Shown here one piece after another: positions 35,608 through 44,798 of a stretch of DNA of 64,000 bases (positions are counted from its first letter, which is position 1; each line of letters begins with the position of its first letter). Source of the DNA: Chloroflexota bacterium (lineage in GTDB: Bacteria > Chloroflexota > Anaerolineae > UBA4142 > SHND01); contig JACQWQ010000042.1 in assembly GCA_016209205.1 (NCBI GenBank), forward strand, positions 13,917-77,916, in the 5' to 3' direction. The position numbers and the translations under genes were made by a program. The notes under the pieces are model-generated. The model searched no databases. It was not told where the DNA came from and saw only the letters and a program-made list of their open reading frames with translations.

Positions 35608-36258
35608 CTACACGACCTCTTCGCGCACGATAATCCTTTCATCATGCAGCAGCGCATCGAGATTCAAGATCGTCATCATGTCTTGCGTAACGCCTCGAAT
35701 GAATTCTTCTTTTGCTGCGGCGTGAGACGCCAGCACCGGCTTGATGTCGCTCCACAAGACACTCGCCGCGCCTTTTACATCGTCGGCGAGAATGCCGAGT
35801 TCCATGCCCGCGCCTTTGACGAGAATGACTTTGGCGGCAGCGGTGCGCTCCGTCGGCGGCACGCCGAACAAACTGCGAACGTCAATCACGGAATAAATCG
35901 AACCGCGAATGTTGATGACGCCGACGACAAAACTAGGCGTGCAGGGGACCGGCGTCACATCGCGCAGTGGTTGGACCTCGGCGATAAATTCAATCGGGAT
36001 ACCGTATTTTTCATTTGCCAGAACAAAAACGACGAGCTGCGTGCACGCGCCGGTTTGTTGTTCCCGGACGCGCGCCAATAGCTTGGCGCGTTCCGCGAGA
36101 ATCGCTTTGAGTTTGTCATCCGTCATGTGCCCGGTCGCCGCCGCGCTTGACGCATTCTGCCGGGGCGGTGTGAGCTTGCGCTCTGTTCTCGTGTGCTGGT
36201 CGCTGCCGTTCCCCGGCGCGTGCCCGTTGGCTCTGAGAATTTTGCCGTGCGTGTTCAT
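35608..36258 (-). CDS. cheW: CheW coupling protein with N-terminal extension (WspD-like)
   Basis: ILAERAKLLAR, FVLANEKYGI, VTPVPCTPSFVVGVINIRG, LGILADDV. Confidence 0.9.
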   Translation of the reverse strand: MNTHGKILRANGHAPGNGSDQHTRTERKLTPPRQNASSAAATGHMTDDKLKAILAERAKLLARVREQQTGACTQLVVFVLANEKYGIPIEFIAEVQPLRDVTPVPCTPSFVVGVINIRGSIYSVIDVRSLFGVPPTERTAAAKVILVKGAGMELGILADDVKGAASVLWSDIKPVLASHAAAKEEFIRGVTQDMMTILNLDALLHDERIIVREEVV

Positions 36259-36263
36259 GGGTT

Positions 36264-37895
36264 CTAGTCCTGTGTCAAATGAATGGCAACCAATTCACGC
36301 AGCCGCCCTACGTTCAACCCGTCGCCTTCGGGAATCAAGTCAGTGCGCGGCTTGCTTTGCACCAGACGATCCACGTTTTGCAAGGTCTTGACCGCAAGCT
36401 CACGTTCGTGTTGCTGCACGTACAACAAGGCGAGGTTGTAATGCGCCATCACGAAATCGCGGTCGAGATAAATCGCGTGCTTGAGCGCATCAATCGCGGA
36501 ATCGGCCATGCCATTTTCTTGGTAAACTAACGACAAGGTGAAATAGGGCCCGGGATGGAGCTTGTCCACTTGCAGCGCGCGTTCGCACCAATGCTGGGCA
36601 TCTTCGAGTTTGCCTTGATTGGCATAAATGCGTCCGATGAGCGCGTACGCCGGAGCGCAAGCGGCATCCTGATCGAGTTTGCGATACAGCTGCGTCAGCG
36701 CCTCTTCCACGCGTCCCGCCTCGAGCTGGGCAACGGCGGCAGCGTACGCATCCGGCGGAGGCGTCGCAGGCGTCGCGTCGGCAACGGGGAGCGGTTTCGC
36801 GAGCGGCGGCGTTTTGGTCACCCCCCCTCTCTTTGTAGTGCCTGTCCTGAACTCGGTGAAGGAAGAGGGGCAGGGGGTGAGGTCGGGCGCGTTACCGGAC
36901 TTGCCGGGCGGCGGCGCGATGATGGCAGGTGAAGTGAGCGCAGGAGATTGGGCTGGACTCTTGCGATAAATCACCGCGCCGGGGAAATTGCGCGCTTCGA
37001 ACGCGCCATAAAACAAAAGATTCGGTTCGGACGGTCCCGGAATGAGCCAACCGCCTTCGAGCAGGCACTGGTAAAAGCGCTGCAACACGGCGCGCGTAAC
37101 TGTTTCACTAAAATAGATCGTGACATTGCGGCAAAGAATCAAATCCAGCGCGTTGGTGTTGTTGATGAGCGATGGGTACGCATCACTCACGAGATTCAAA
37201 TAGTCAAACGTCACCATACCTTTGACCGCCTCGTCTAGCGCAAACTGCTTGTCACCTACTGCGTGAAAGTATTTCTCTTGAATGGCGGGCGCGACGCCGC
37301 GAAACGACCACGCACTATACACGGCGCGCCGCGCGCGCGTCAGCAATTCGCGATTGATATCCGTTGCCAAAATCGAAATGTTCCAACTTTCGGGCTGCGG
37401 CACGAGTTCGCGGATGAGAATGGCAAGCGAATAGGGTTCCTCGCCGGTCGCGCAACCGGCGCTCCATAGGCGCAAGCGCCGGTTCGAATGTTCCCGCGCT
37501 GCCAAAAGTTCAGGCAAAATACTTTTTTCCAGCGCGTCAAAGTGATTCGTATTGCGAAAGAAATAAGTCTCGCCGATCGTCAGCGCGCCGACCAATTCAT
37601 CCCACAGCGCACTGGTCGAAGCGGCGCGCTGCAACACGGCATACAATTCCTCCAGGGTGGAACATTCTGCCGCAGGCATAATTTGCGCCAACGCGCGCGC
37701 CAGCTGCTCCCGTTTGTCTTTTGGATAGTCCAACCCCGTGTGTTCCGAAACGATGGCGCGGAATTTTTCATGCTCGGCAGACGTCAATTCCAGCGCGGGC
37801 GCCGACGCATCCCCGCGCCAAACTTGGCGGTGGATCGCGTCGTAACTGCCGTCATACAAATGCTCGGCTGGATCGGGGGAATATGCGGCATTCAT
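36264..37895 (-). CDS. cheR: CheR methyltransferase with C-terminal TPRs (WspC-like)
   Basis: LTIGETYFFR, WSAGCATGEEPYSLA, LATDIN, LILCRNVTIYF; TPR tail. Confidence 0.93.
   Translation of the reverse strand: MNAAYSPDPAEHLYDGSYDAIHRQVWRGDASAPALELTSAEHEKFRAIVSEHTGLDYPKDKREQLARALAQIMPAAECSTLEELYAVLQRAASTSALWDELVGALTIGETYFFRNTNHFDALEKSILPELLAAREHSNRRLRLWSAGCATGEEPYSLAILIRELVPQPESWNISILATDINRELLTRARRAVYSAWSFRGVAPAIQEKYFHAVGDKQFALDEAVKGMVTFDYLNLVSDAYPSLINNTNALDLILCRNVTIYFSETVTRAVLQRFYQCLLEGGWLIPGPSEPNLLFYGAFEARNFPGAVIYRKSPAQSPALTSPAIIAPPPGKSGNAPDLTPCPSSFTEFRTGTTKRGGVTKTPPLAKPLPVADATPATPPPDAYAAAVAQLEAGRVEEALTQLYRKLDQDAACAPAYALIGRIYANQGKLEDAQHWCERALQVDKLHPGPYFTLSLVYQENGMADSAIDALKHAIYLDRDFVMAHYNLALLYVQQHERELAVKTLQNVDRLVQSKPRTDLIPEGDGLNVGRLRELVAIHLTQD
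36821..36882. repeat. REP-like palindrome embedded in frame in the cheR linker
   Basis: Minus strand reads CCTCACCCCCTGCCCCTCTTCC...AGAGAGGGGGGG. Its internal CCTGTCCTGA...GAAGGA motif recurs at ~20226 and ~59017. Confidence 0.65.
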
Positions 37896-38422
37896 GCAAA
37901 CACCTCTTGGCGCTGGTGCAATTCCCCGTCCGCGAACACGATATCGTTAAATAACGCGTCGAGGTCGAGAATCAAAAGCAAGCGTTCGCCCACCATTCCA
38001 ACCCCACACAGATAGGCGAGCGCGTGCACAATGTCCTCGTGGCGTTCCACTTGCTCCGGCGTGAGCACGAGCACTTGCGAAACAACATCCACAATGAACG
38101 CCGCCGTGCGCCCCTTGTGCATTGCAATCAATAGCTGCGTATCTAAATCAATCGTTTGCTCGGGCAAACCAAACAAACGCGTCAGGTTGATGACGGGAAT
38201 CACCTGCCCGTGTAAATTCATCAGCCCTTGTACATAAGCGGGCGCTTTCGGCGCGCGCGTCACAGCGACCATGCGGGCGACCTGTACAACGTTCGCCACG
38301 GCGAGCGCGTATTCTTGCTCTTGCAAACAAAAGGTGAGCAGTTGAAGCGACGCGTGCGATTTCGCGTTGCTATCCAGCGCCAGTGGTGAGCTTGTCGTAT
38401 CCATCCAATCCCTCTCGTGCAT
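37892..38422 (-). CDS. cheW: CheW coupling protein
   Basis: LLTFCLQEQEYAL, APAYVQGLMNLHGQVIPVINL, LLLILDLD. Confidence 0.9.
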   Translation of the reverse strand: MHERDWMDTTSSPLALDSNAKSHASLQLLTFCLQEQEYALAVANVVQVARMVAVTRAPKAPAYVQGLMNLHGQVIPVINLTRLFGLPEQTIDLDTQLLIAMHKGRTAAFIVDVVSQVLVLTPEQVERHEDIVHALAYLCGVGMVGERLLLILDLDALFNDIVFADGELHQRQEVFA

Positions 38423-38426
38423 TCCA

Positions 38427-38939
38427 TCAATGCGTAAAGGTCACAGCCGCCGCCACGCCGTTCGGCGTAACCAACGTAAAACGATTCGTCGAACCAGCCG
38501 CAATCGCCGGGGAAAGATTGACCGTCACCAGCAGGTCTTCGCCGGGATTGAGCAAATTCGGATCAAAGACTTCGGGAACGCTCGCGCCGGCGTCTTGATA
38601 AATCTCTGCCGTCCATTCATTCACTTGTGTGCCGTACGGGAACCAACGCACCTGAGTCGTTACCCCATCGGCATATTCCACAATCACGTCCCAACGCGCA
38701 AAATCGGCGAGACGCGTCGCGCCGGAATTTCTCACCGTCACCTGCAAAATCTCGCCTGTCGGATCAACCGCAACGTTGGTCGGCGTGAGGATGGTGCGAA
38801 CACGTTCGCCTTCCCGTTCTTGCAGCGCGAGCGACGCGTCTGTCAAAGCGGCTTGCGCCGAGAGCGCACGGTCCGAGAGTCCCAAAATCGCAAGCATCAT
38901 GACGCCGATGATAATGAGCGCCGTAATTGCCGTTTCCAT
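38427..38939 (-). CDS. arlF: ArlF (FlaF)-like archaellum stator protein
   Basis: N-terminal TM, VTVRNSG...WDVIV, LNPGE, VTPNGV pattern; located after arlG. Confidence 0.72.
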   Translation of the reverse strand: METAITALIIIGVMMLAILGLSDRALSAQAALTDASLALQEREGERVRTILTPTNVAVDPTGEILQVTVRNSGATRLADFARWDVIVEYADGVTTQVRWFPYGTQVNEWTAEIYQDAGASVPEVFDPNLLNPGEDLLVTVNLSPAIAAGSTNRFTLVTPNGVAAAVTFTH

Positions 38940-38945
38940 ACTGTT

Positions 38946-39006
38946 CGACAGGATTTACAGGATTAACAGGACAAGAAACTAATCCTGTTAATCCTGTAAA
39001 TCCTGT
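38946..39006. repeat. Inverted repeats (ACAGGATT / AATCCTGT)
   Basis: Directly visible just upstream of arlF. Confidence 0.85.
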
Positions 39007-39152
39007 TCGAAATCTTTGTTGGCGCAAGATGGTTCGCCTATGCTCACCACATGGTTGGACTCTTGCGCCGCCAGCCGTGCGAGTTCAACTCGCAACCCTC
39101 GCCGCGCCACGAGTCCAACTCATGGCGCAACGAGAGCTCTCCTACCAACTAA

Positions 39153-39271
39153 GGATTCGTCCAACAATAACTTGAGCAGTTTGCCATTAAAGTGCCCCAA
39201 GAATCGCCATTGTAAACGATTTCATGCCGGCTTTTTGTGGAAAAGTGCTCAACTTATTTATGGACGAGTCC
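39153..39271. mobile_element. 119-bp MITE with ~26-bp imperfect TIRs and a TAA target duplication (IS5/PIF-like ends)
   Basis: TAA|GGATTCGTCCAACAATAACTTGAGCA ... TGCTCAACTTATTTATGGACGAGTCC|TAA; no internal ORF. Confidence 0.8.
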
Positions 39272-39551
39272 TAAAGATGAAATTGCCTTCTGGACCAAAA
39301 AACAAATCGGAACTTGCCACTGGTTTGATCGGGAGTGCGCCGATATTCTTTGCCCAAATCACGACCTCTGCGCCTGAATTGGTCGCATGAATGATTTCGA
39401 CCTGGGTCTTGATGCGTTCGTCATAGCGCCCCTGCATGTTGGCAATCGCCTCGCCGCTTTGCGTGATGGCGGGAAAAATAGAATTAAAGACAAACACCGC
39501 CGAAATCACCCCGGCCATGACGAGTAACGCCGTCACAATCGTCTTATCCAA
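39258..39551 (-). pseudogene. arlG: ArlG (FlaG)-like protein, 3'-truncated
   Basis: GAGGAGG RBS + TTG start; TM helix, RIKTQVEII, WAKNIG, DLFFGPEG; stop lies inside the MITE and no downstream continuation is visible. Confidence 0.7.
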
Positions 39552-40245
39552 TTTTCGCCTCCTCAATCAATGCCAATGCCTCTTGGATGTCCGTCGGGCG
39601 GCCGAGAATCACGTCGAGCTGCGTGATGACCTGGATCACTTCGCGCATCCCGACCGTGTCTGGCGCAGTCCGGCGATTGAGCGGCGCAATGCGGATGAGT
39701 ACGTCCTGCAAATCGGGCGACAGAATTTTTTGTTTTGCCGCTTGCTGAATCAACGGCTTGAGGCGTTCCAAGCCAATTTGCGCCGCGCCGTTCAATGCCC
39801 ATTCGAGCAGCCGGCTCATTTGGCTCGTAGTTTCCGGCGACAGTGTTTCGACTTGGGTGGAACGAACCTCGTCGAGCGTGACTTGGCGCACTTTGGGTGC
39901 GGGCGTTTCGGTTCGGGCCGGTTCCGGTTGCGGCGCGCTGTTGCCCGGCTCACTCACACGCACGGCGAGAGGTTGATTCTGTTCCGCCGCGCCCCGCGCC
40001 GCATCAAGCCCATCGGGCTTGGCCGCGCGGCTTGCGCCCGAATCGCCATCGGGTCCCGACGGACGCGCGCGTAACGCTTCGACGGTTTGGACAGCGGACT
40101 CGGGCACCCCGGTTTCCTCGGTGCGCAGCGCAGGATAGTAATGCACCAAAATTTGCTCTTGGATATCCAAGAGCGTGCGTTGAATTTCGCTTTTGAGCAC
40201 TTTCATCTCGTATTCAAGGGCTTTGACGCGTTGTTCGAGTTCCAC
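39544..40245 (-). CDS. Coiled-coil protein with possible ArlD/E-like C-terminal domain
   Basis: GAGGAGG RBS + GTG; N-terminal coiled coil, low-complexity linker, and a helical C-domain (LLEW...IGLERL...ILSPDLQDVL). Confidence 0.7.
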   Translation of the reverse strand: MELEQRVKALEYEMKVLKSEIQRTLLDIQEQILVHYYPALRTEETGVPESAVQTVEALRARPSGPDGDSGASRAAKPDGLDAARGAAEQNQPLAVRVSEPGNSAPQPEPARTETPAPKVRQVTLDEVRSTQVETLSPETTSQMSRLLEWALNGAAQIGLERLKPLIQQAAKQKILSPDLQDVLIRIAPLNRRTAPDTVGMREVIQVITQLDVILGRPTDIQEALALIEEAKIG

Positions 40246-40278
40246 TGGACCGCCTCCTCAAAAACGTGAATTACAATG

Positions 40279-43200
40279 TCAGTGCAGGCCTGACTGCGCG
40301 CGCAACAGCGCTACCAGTTTTTGGATGGACGGAACCTCTTCGCTGGGCGCGGTGCGCATGGCAATCTGTGCGGCGCTGAGCGCCTTTGGGAAATCCCCGG
40401 TTTGTTGATAGAGCAATGCCAGGTTCGTGTGCGCCTCCCACTGATACGACGAGTTGGGCGCCAGTTCGATATAGTTCCTGTACTCTTGAATAGCTTGAGC
40501 AAACATCCCTTGTCGATAGTACACAAACGCCAATTTGCTGTGCGCCTCTGCGAATTGGGGCTGCAAAGCAACCGCTTGCTGGTACGCTTCACTCGCTTTG
40601 GCGAAATCCTTTTTCGTCGCGTATGCCTTGCCTAAATACAAATAGGTTTCAGCAAGTTTGTTGTCGCGCGCGCGCGACTCGCCCAATTTCTGCAGCGCGG
40701 CATCGGAATCGTTGCCATAGACCAAATCAAAGTCAGCTACTTCGTTCCACAAGCGCGCGTCGTTCGGGTTGAGGCGAATGGCTTGGCTATAGAGTTGCCC
40801 GGCGCGCTCGACAAGTTGGGTTTTAGCCGGCGTGTTGACTGGTAATTCGGGAAGGTATAACCGCGCCAGATTAAGGGTGTGATCCACGTACAAGGGGTTG
40901 AGCTCGCGCGCGCGCAAAAGCATCGCCTGCGCCGCATAAAGCAAATCTGTGCGACCTAACGCGGTGATCGCGCGCGGGTCCAACAAGAGGACTTGTTCGA
41001 CAGAAATCTGCGCGTCGTATGCGGCATTAGCGGCGTGGCGCGGTGTCGCATTCGCGCTCGCCGTGTTGGCTTTTTCCACAAGTGCTCTGCCCAGCACCCG
41101 ATAGTATTGATCCGCCGCGGGTGACAGGTGCAGCGCGCGCTGTCCAATCACAATTGCCGCGTCCTGCCGCCCTTGATCCGCGAACGTTTTACCCAGCCGA
41201 TAAGCCATGTCGCTGCGGGTCGGGTTCAGGTCAAAGAGCGTGACCCACATTCCGGTCACAACGATCAGCGGGACAAGGGCTGCCAAGGACCACTTGTTGG
41301 CAATCCGGGGCATCGTCGCCGCCCCGGACTCGATGGCGATACCAATAGCCGTGCACAGGATTAGCGCCGAGGCGCTCACCATAAAGTAATCCACCACGCC
41401 GACTGTTCGATCAAAAAAAATGAGCGCGTCGGGCGTGCTGATGCCCGATCTTGGAATGGAGGCGAGCGTAGAGAGCTGAAGCGCCAAGCCCAACCCAAAA
41501 CAAATCGCCAACCCCGCTGAGAGCGCGGCAACCCACATCAAGCCACGGCGTCCATCTCCCTGAAAGCTGAGTATTCGGGCGCGGAGCATTTCGGACCAGA
41601 CAACCAAAGTAGACAGCAGCCACACCACCGCGAGCAGAGCCAGCACGACGTACGAAGTTATTCCGAGCACTGGGTTAAAAGAGAGGGCTTGCCACAAAAT
41701 TCCTGGCGCGTCGGTTGTGCCCTCTCGAATCGTCACGAACTCAAAAATCAAGATCGCCAGAATGAGGGCAACGATCAGGGCATAACTCGAAACGGAACCG
41801 ATCCATGTTGGAACGCGGGACAGGGATCGCGCGGCTTGTAGATGCGGGATAGAGATCCGATCAAATTGCAGCCGCTTGGCGACGACGACCAGCATTCCGG
41901 CAAATATCCAAAACAGCGTTTGCGTCGCGATCATATTGGGACCAAATTGACTTTCGATATAGTGCGCAACCAAGCCAGCCAGTAACGCAGCGAGCAAAAT
42001 TTGCTGGGGGCGATGCGTCATCGCGGGTGGCGCGTCCTGCCGCAACGCAAACCACGCGAGGTAAAGCGATACCGCCGCAAGATTGCTCGCGGGCAAAATC
42101 AGACCAAGATATTTGGCTTGATTCAAGAGCAGCGCGCCCAGCCCACCGCTCAACATCAGAGCGACCCACAGTCCGACGAACAAATTGCGCGTGCGGTTTG
42201 TCGGCGCCAACCCCAAGCCGCGCAGCGCCAACCCGAAAAGGCACAGCCATAGAAATTGATGCGCGCCAAAACCCCCCAAACCGGTCGTCACCAGAATGTC
42301 CCACGTCTCGTTGTGACTTCGATCGGTTTGCAACAGCGGACTGTACGGATCAGGCAAAGCGAGTTGGCGATAGATGAGCACTAACGTATCCGCGCCATAC
42401 CCGACGAGGGGTCGGACTACGTTCAGCGAATCTGGCGCGCCCATAGGAAATTGAATCGGTGCGTGCGGCAGGACAAGGCGCGCCACATTCTCCCAAGTGT
42501 ATAAACGAAATCCGGCAGTGCTGTCTGCCAACTGTCCCAATCTGCCGAATCCGGGCAGCGTGCGCAATCCTTGGAGTGGTGTATTTGGCAAGTTGAAAAT
42601 GAGCAAAAATGCGAGTCCGGCAAAACCCAAGCCGATGGCGCCCAACACCATCCGCCGCCGCCCCAAGACGAGCGCCAAGCACAAAAGAAAGAACACCATT
42701 CCACCGAACATTCCCAACCAGGGGCCGCGGCTGCCTGACAGAAAAATCGCAACGAACTGCGCGATGGCGATCACACTGTAACTCGCCGCGCGCGAAATGT
42801 CGGCAGCGCGCGTGTCCGCCTCTTTTTCGATCAAACAAGAGCGCAGCGCGATGACAATCTGTCCGAGTGTGAGCGCAAAGACCATGATCAGATAGCCAGC
42901 CAGGAAAATCGGATTGCCCAGCTGTGCGCCCACGCGTCCGTCGAATTCTACGGTCCACGCCAACGGATCGAGACCACTGCGCTGGAGGATGCTGTAGAGC
43001 GCAATCGGGAAACTGGGGAGAATGATCGCGGCGATCAGCCGGTCGAGTTGTTGGCGCGTGCGTAGCCCTTGCGCCAGCATCACAAACATGACCACGTAAG
43101 TAAGGAATCCGTGCAAGCCCAGCGGGCGCAGGTACGAACCAAAGAGCGCGGTGTGCAGATCAATCGCGGTGAGGGTGGTGAGCAAATACATGCCGACAAG

Positions 43201-43461
43201 GAGCAAGACCGCGAGCGCCAGCGGCGAGTGCAGCGGTAGCGGCGCTTGGGTACGCCGTACGCGGCGCTCCTCAAGCCACTTGACAAGCCACATTGCCACC
43301 ATAGTGACGGCAAGCATGCGCAAAATCGCGAGTTTGCCTTCGTGCATCACCGCGCTCGTATAGCCGTTAAAGAACAAGGGCGCGAGTACAACCGCAGCGA
43401 GCCATTCCGCTTCAATGATTTTGTCGCAGACCACGCTCAATTTACTTGTCACTGGACCCAC
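40279..43461 (-). CDS. O-antigen ligase / O-oligosaccharyltransferase-like membrane protein with C-terminal TPRs
   Basis: GNPIFLAGY, SGSRGPWLG, RSHNETWD Wzy_C-type motifs; many TMs; TPR tail (AETYLYLGKAY, AEAHSKLAFVY). Confidence 0.8.
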   Translation of the reverse strand: MGPVTSKLSVVCDKIIEAEWLAAVVLAPLFFNGYTSAVMHEGKLAILRMLAVTMVAMWLVKWLEERRVRRTQAPLPLHSPLALAVLLLVGMYLLTTLTAIDLHTALFGSYLRPLGLHGFLTYVVMFVMLAQGLRTRQQLDRLIAAIILPSFPIALYSILQRSGLDPLAWTVEFDGRVGAQLGNPIFLAGYLIMVFALTLGQIVIALRSCLIEKEADTRAADISRAASYSVIAIAQFVAIFLSGSRGPWLGMFGGMVFFLLCLALVLGRRRMVLGAIGLGFAGLAFLLIFNLPNTPLQGLRTLPGFGRLGQLADSTAGFRLYTWENVARLVLPHAPIQFPMGAPDSLNVVRPLVGYGADTLVLIYRQLALPDPYSPLLQTDRSHNETWDILVTTGLGGFGAHQFLWLCLFGLALRGLGLAPTNRTRNLFVGLWVALMLSGGLGALLLNQAKYLGLILPASNLAAVSLYLAWFALRQDAPPAMTHRPQQILLAALLAGLVAHYIESQFGPNMIATQTLFWIFAGMLVVVAKRLQFDRISIPHLQAARSLSRVPTWIGSVSSYALIVALILAILIFEFVTIREGTTDAPGILWQALSFNPVLGITSYVVLALLAVVWLLSTLVVWSEMLRARILSFQGDGRRGLMWVAALSAGLAICFGLGLALQLSTLASIPRSGISTPDALIFFDRTVGVVDYFMVSASALILCTAIGIAIESGAATMPRIANKWSLAALVPLIVVTGMWVTLFDLNPTRSDMAYRLGKTFADQGRQDAAIVIGQRALHLSPAADQYYRVLGRALVEKANTASANATPRHAANAAYDAQISVEQVLLLDPRAITALGRTDLLYAAQAMLLRARELNPLYVDHTLNLARLYLPELPVNTPAKTQLVERAGQLYSQAIRLNPNDARLWNEVADFDLVYGNDSDAALQKLGESRARDNKLAETYLYLGKAYATKKDFAKASEAYQQAVALQPQFAEAHSKLAFVYYRQGMFAQAIQEYRNYIELAPNSSYQWEAHTNLALLYQQTGDFPKALSAAQIAMRTAPSEEVPSIQKLVALLRAQSGLH

Positions 43462-43598
43462 TCCTGGGCAACTACTGGTATCCGCCGCTGTAATCGTTTC
43501 GTAATGATTGCTCCAACTACAGCCCTGCGGTTCGATCGAAGGGTTTCGACCGAACCGCAGGGGTTCATAGCGGAATGTGGTTGTGATGGTTGCGTGAG

Positions 43599-44249
43599 CT
43601 ATTGGAGATCCATTACATCTTCGAGCGTGGGCGGGGTCAGGCGTTGCAGAATCAGGACTGCCCCTGACGGCGGTTTGACTTCCACGTTGAACGACGTGTT
43701 CTCGGCAAGTGGGTTTTCCAAGGCGGCAGTGCTGTCCAGCGGGACCCAGACTTTGAACAATTCGCGGTCTTCGAGCATGTTATTGCCGTCCGAGTAGCCG
43801 ATCGAGCAGACGTTCCAGGTCGTGATCAAAACGTTTTGTGTCGAGTCACGGGCCGAAATATTAATCACGTTGCCGGGCGGAACAGCCGGCACGGTCACCA
43901 CGTTATCCGCCGCAGTGGTTGTGCAAGCTGCAATCGTTGCACCACTGGGAGGGGTAAAGTCAATCGGCTGACCACCGGCGACATTGGCCAGCGTGAAAGA
44001 AACACCATCCACTTCTGCGCCCGCCGATGAAAAGGCAATGACGCTGCCCTTGAGTTCCACCGAACCGCGCACTTGCGCCAAACCGGAGAACGCGGCTTCT
44101 TTGCTGCGCTCGGTCATGAACGTGCCAGTGCTCAAAATCGTAAAGGCAAACACGGCTGCGACCACGACGAATGCAATCAAAATGATTGCGGTTTCCAATG
44201 CGGTGACGCCGCGTTCGTCCTTGTACCATTGTGCAAACATGTTTTTCAT
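43599..44249 (-). CDS. arlB: Archaellin ArlB (FlaB)
   Basis: AAGGAG RBS; class III signal peptide KDERG|VTALETAIILIAFVVVAAVFAF, the archaellin N-terminal signature with Glu at +5. Confidence 0.95.
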   Translation of the reverse strand: MKNMFAQWYKDERGVTALETAIILIAFVVVAAVFAFTILSTGTFMTERSKEAAFSGLAQVRGSVELKGSVIAFSSAGAEVDGVSFTLANVAGGQPIDFTPPSGATIAACTTTAADNVVTVPAVPPGNVINISARDSTQNVLITTWNVCSIGYSDGNNMLEDRELFKVWVPLDSTAALENPLAENTSFNVEVKPPSGAVLILQRLTPPTLEDVMDLQ

Positions 44250-44502
44250 TCTGTCGTCTCCTTACGCGCTGTAATTTGCGCCTGAATTTGTCCGGGGTAC
44301 GGACGTTTGTAGATTTGTTGAAAAGAAATTTCGGCTCTGAAATTTTTCTGGAATTGTCTTTTGAATCAAACTCTGTTTTTGAATCTGCCTGCTCATCGTT
44401 TTCATGCAACACTATAGCGAATGTTTGTACGCCTGCCGTTTCAGATTTATTGCAAAAAAATTCGTCACGATCAAGTTCCGCATGCTGTTAGTGACCTTTA
44501 AC

Positions 44503-44780
44503 CAGGACTTTCGCTTGACTGTCATTTCGAGATACTCATCACGCACGGGCGTGATGTTTGATGCTTGTCCCGAAGTATTGAGGGAATTGAGGGATTCGCG
44601 TTTTTCATCCGCTAACTCAATCGGTACGCCGGAAGTTTCTGTGCAGCCGTTCCCTCAATGCTTCGTGCGATGAACTGCATCGCCACAAGTTTTGCGAGAA
44701 ATCTCAGTGGAAAAACCGAGATTTCTCACGGAGTTTACCCCGAACGATTGAGGGGTTCGAAATGACAAGCGAAAGTCCTG
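44503..44780. mobile_element. Composite family C element with long outer inverted repeats
   Basis: CAGGACTTTCGCTTGACTGTCATTTCGA ... TCGAAATGACAAGCGAAAGTCCTG; internal modules shared with 18943-19401 and 48893-49113. Confidence 0.78.
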
Positions 44781-44798
44781 AACTAAACAATCTTGGTT

